Source: a virus. From it: a stretch of DNA of 64,000 nucleotides. How positions within the stretch are numbered: position 1 is the stretch's first letter; every line of letters starts with the position of its first letter. Under the pieces are notes generated by a model. It ran no database searches, had not been told where the DNA came from, and saw only the letters and a list, made by a program, of their open reading frames with translations. The DNA is taken from positions 64,001-128,000 of the IMG/VR virus record IMGVR_UViG_3300021963_000029. One strand, 5' to 3'. Below are positions 62,811-64,000 of this stretch, in pieces. The position numbers and the translations under genes were made by a program.

Positions 62811-63529
62811 AAACTGGACAATCCCTCCAGAACAATCTCATTGTCTTTTCCAGTAACTGGATTCTTGACTGTCATAGTGTGAGTTAGTTTTGGCATAGTA
62901 TCAAAGAAAGTTTCAATTTGTTTAAATTGATTTGAATCAAAAGTTTCCAACCACTCTACCAATTCTTTTTTGGTTACGTCACTACCAGACCAAGTTTCAT
63001 CTGCAGTGTATACCATATCAATACATGATGCAACAATTTCAAAAGACTTATTGATAGTTTCTTTGCTACTGTTAGCATTAAAATTAAAGTTATTATCAAT
63101 AAACTCTTGGAGAGATGGGTACTTCATCTTCACCATAATTTTATCATCTACTTTGATTTCAGATGTATGTTCCTCTGGGAACTTAACTTCAATGTCTGTA
63201 ATGTCAACAGAACATTCTACTTGGGTTTCTCCATCATCAGGACAAGTGATTACAAGTTCTACTGCTTCCCCAACAGACTTTGCTCTGATGTTCAGGAACA
63301 GATACTCAATATCAAAACTTGGAAGAGTATCAATTCTAATTCCTTTTGTTAAGACACATTCCTTCAAAACATTTTTAACTGCTCTGGTGATCTCTTCAGA
63401 ACTATTGCTCTCCATAGCAAGGATAAGAATCTTTTCCTCTTTGACTAGGAAAGGTCTATATGAAATTTTCTTTTTGTTTGAAGGTAAAATCAACTCATAA
63501 GTTGGAGTTGCAATCTTTGGTAAAGGCAT
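62801..63529 (-). CDS. gp26: Baseplate hub assembly protein gp26
   Basis: MPLPKIATPTYEL...YRPFLVKEEKIL...DIEYLFLNIRAKSVGE...CPDD...LEGLSSFF. Confidence 0.9.
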   Translation of the reverse strand: MPLPKIATPTYELILPSNKKKISYRPFLVKEEKILILAMESNSSEEITRAVKNVLKECVLTKGIRIDTLPSFDIEYLFLNIRAKSVGEAVELVITCPDDGETQVECSVDITDIEVKFPEEHTSEIKVDDKIMVKMKYPSLQEFIDNNFNFNANSSKETINKSFEIVASCIDMVYTADETWSGSDVTKKELVEWLETFDSNQFKQIETFFDTMPKLTHTMTVKNPVTGKDNEIVLEGLSSFFG

Positions 63530-63557
63530 AATGTCCTATAGATTTCAGTAATGTTAT

Positions 63558-64000
63558 TTAGTTGGTTGGTGCTGGTGGTCCTTGTAGTGCAGGAGTTACA
63601 GGGGATCCACTTCTATTCTGAGATCTCAATCTCATCTCTCTAAGTTCATCTATTTGTTGCTGTAAACTTGGAAGTTGTGGATATCCATCAGGGAACTCTG
63701 CCTCTGAAGCACCAGCAGTTCCTGTAGGAGCAGCTGGTGCATTACCTCCAGGTCCAATTACAGTTCCAGATGGTGATCCATTTTCTTCTACTCCAGGATC
63801 AGTGCCAAGTGCAAATCTATTTGATTGGTAGTTATAAACATCATAGTTAAATGTAACTGTCGTCTTTAGTATACTTGCTCCATCATATGAAACTGGAATA
63901 GAAATTAAATTAGATGGAAAAGCATTTCTTAAAGTATAAGTAACACTCTTTGCTGGAGGACCATAGACTCCTTCCTTTACAAGTCTTTGATCTTTCTGTC
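63558..64000 (-). CDS. Tail-tube initiator / gp54-gp19-like protein, C-terminal fragment (runs off window end)
   Basis: YTLRNAFPSNLISIPVSYDGASILKTTVTFNYD. Confidence 0.7.
   Translation of the reverse strand, partial: QKDQRLVKEGVYGPPAKSVTYTLRNAFPSNLISIPVSYDGASILKTTVTFNYDVYNYQSNRFALGTDPGVEENGSPSGTVIGPGGNAPAAPTGTAGASEAEFPDGYPQLPSLQQQIDELREMRLRSQNRSGSPVTPALQGPPAPTN

Noticed and set aside
973-63500. Most plus-strand ORFs in the track (e.g. 5797-6183, 10578-11087, 23132-23626, 50271-50765, 62970-63500)
   Set aside because: They are antisense shadows of well-supported minus-strand genes, with no motifs or RBS. Only 52515-53294 looks real.
1-64000. Stop-codon reassignment, introns, inteins, homing endonucleases or IS elements
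   Set aside because: Long genes are intact under code 11, all three stops end genes, no suppressor tRNA is present, and I recognised no LAGLIDADG, GIY-YIG, HNH, intein or transposase motifs. The 48 aa Zn finger at 17940 has no nuclease domain.

Overview
About 64 kb of a T4-like cyanomyovirus (Kyanoviridae-type phage of a picocyanobacterium, possibly freshwater). Almost everything is on the minus strand. In transcription order: baseplate and tail-hub module (tube-initiator fragment, gp26/gp51, two large hydrolase-bearing tail proteins, gp27-like, CP12, gp5, S74 protein); a 25 kb tail-fibre/adaptor module with G-X-Q collagen fibres; a 2OG-Fe(II) oxygenase; a CobT/CobS-like VWA-MoxR pair; a 20 kb early region of small genes with 10 tRNAs in the window overall and at least 16 copies of a palindrome + sigma70 promoter cassette, many leaderless; a non-coding island with 8 DnaA-box matches; then a glycosyltransferase-like gene, gp25 and gp6. 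Top leads: (1) a probable -1 ribosomal frameshift fusing gp26 to gp51, (2) an oriC-like DnaA-box island with divergent promoters, (3) very strong CpG depletion mirrored by the tRNA set, (4) a repeated motif/adaptor grammar in the fibre genes, (5) a tRNA-shaped RNA with a broken anticodon arm. All product calls come from motifs recognised by eye; no database search was run.
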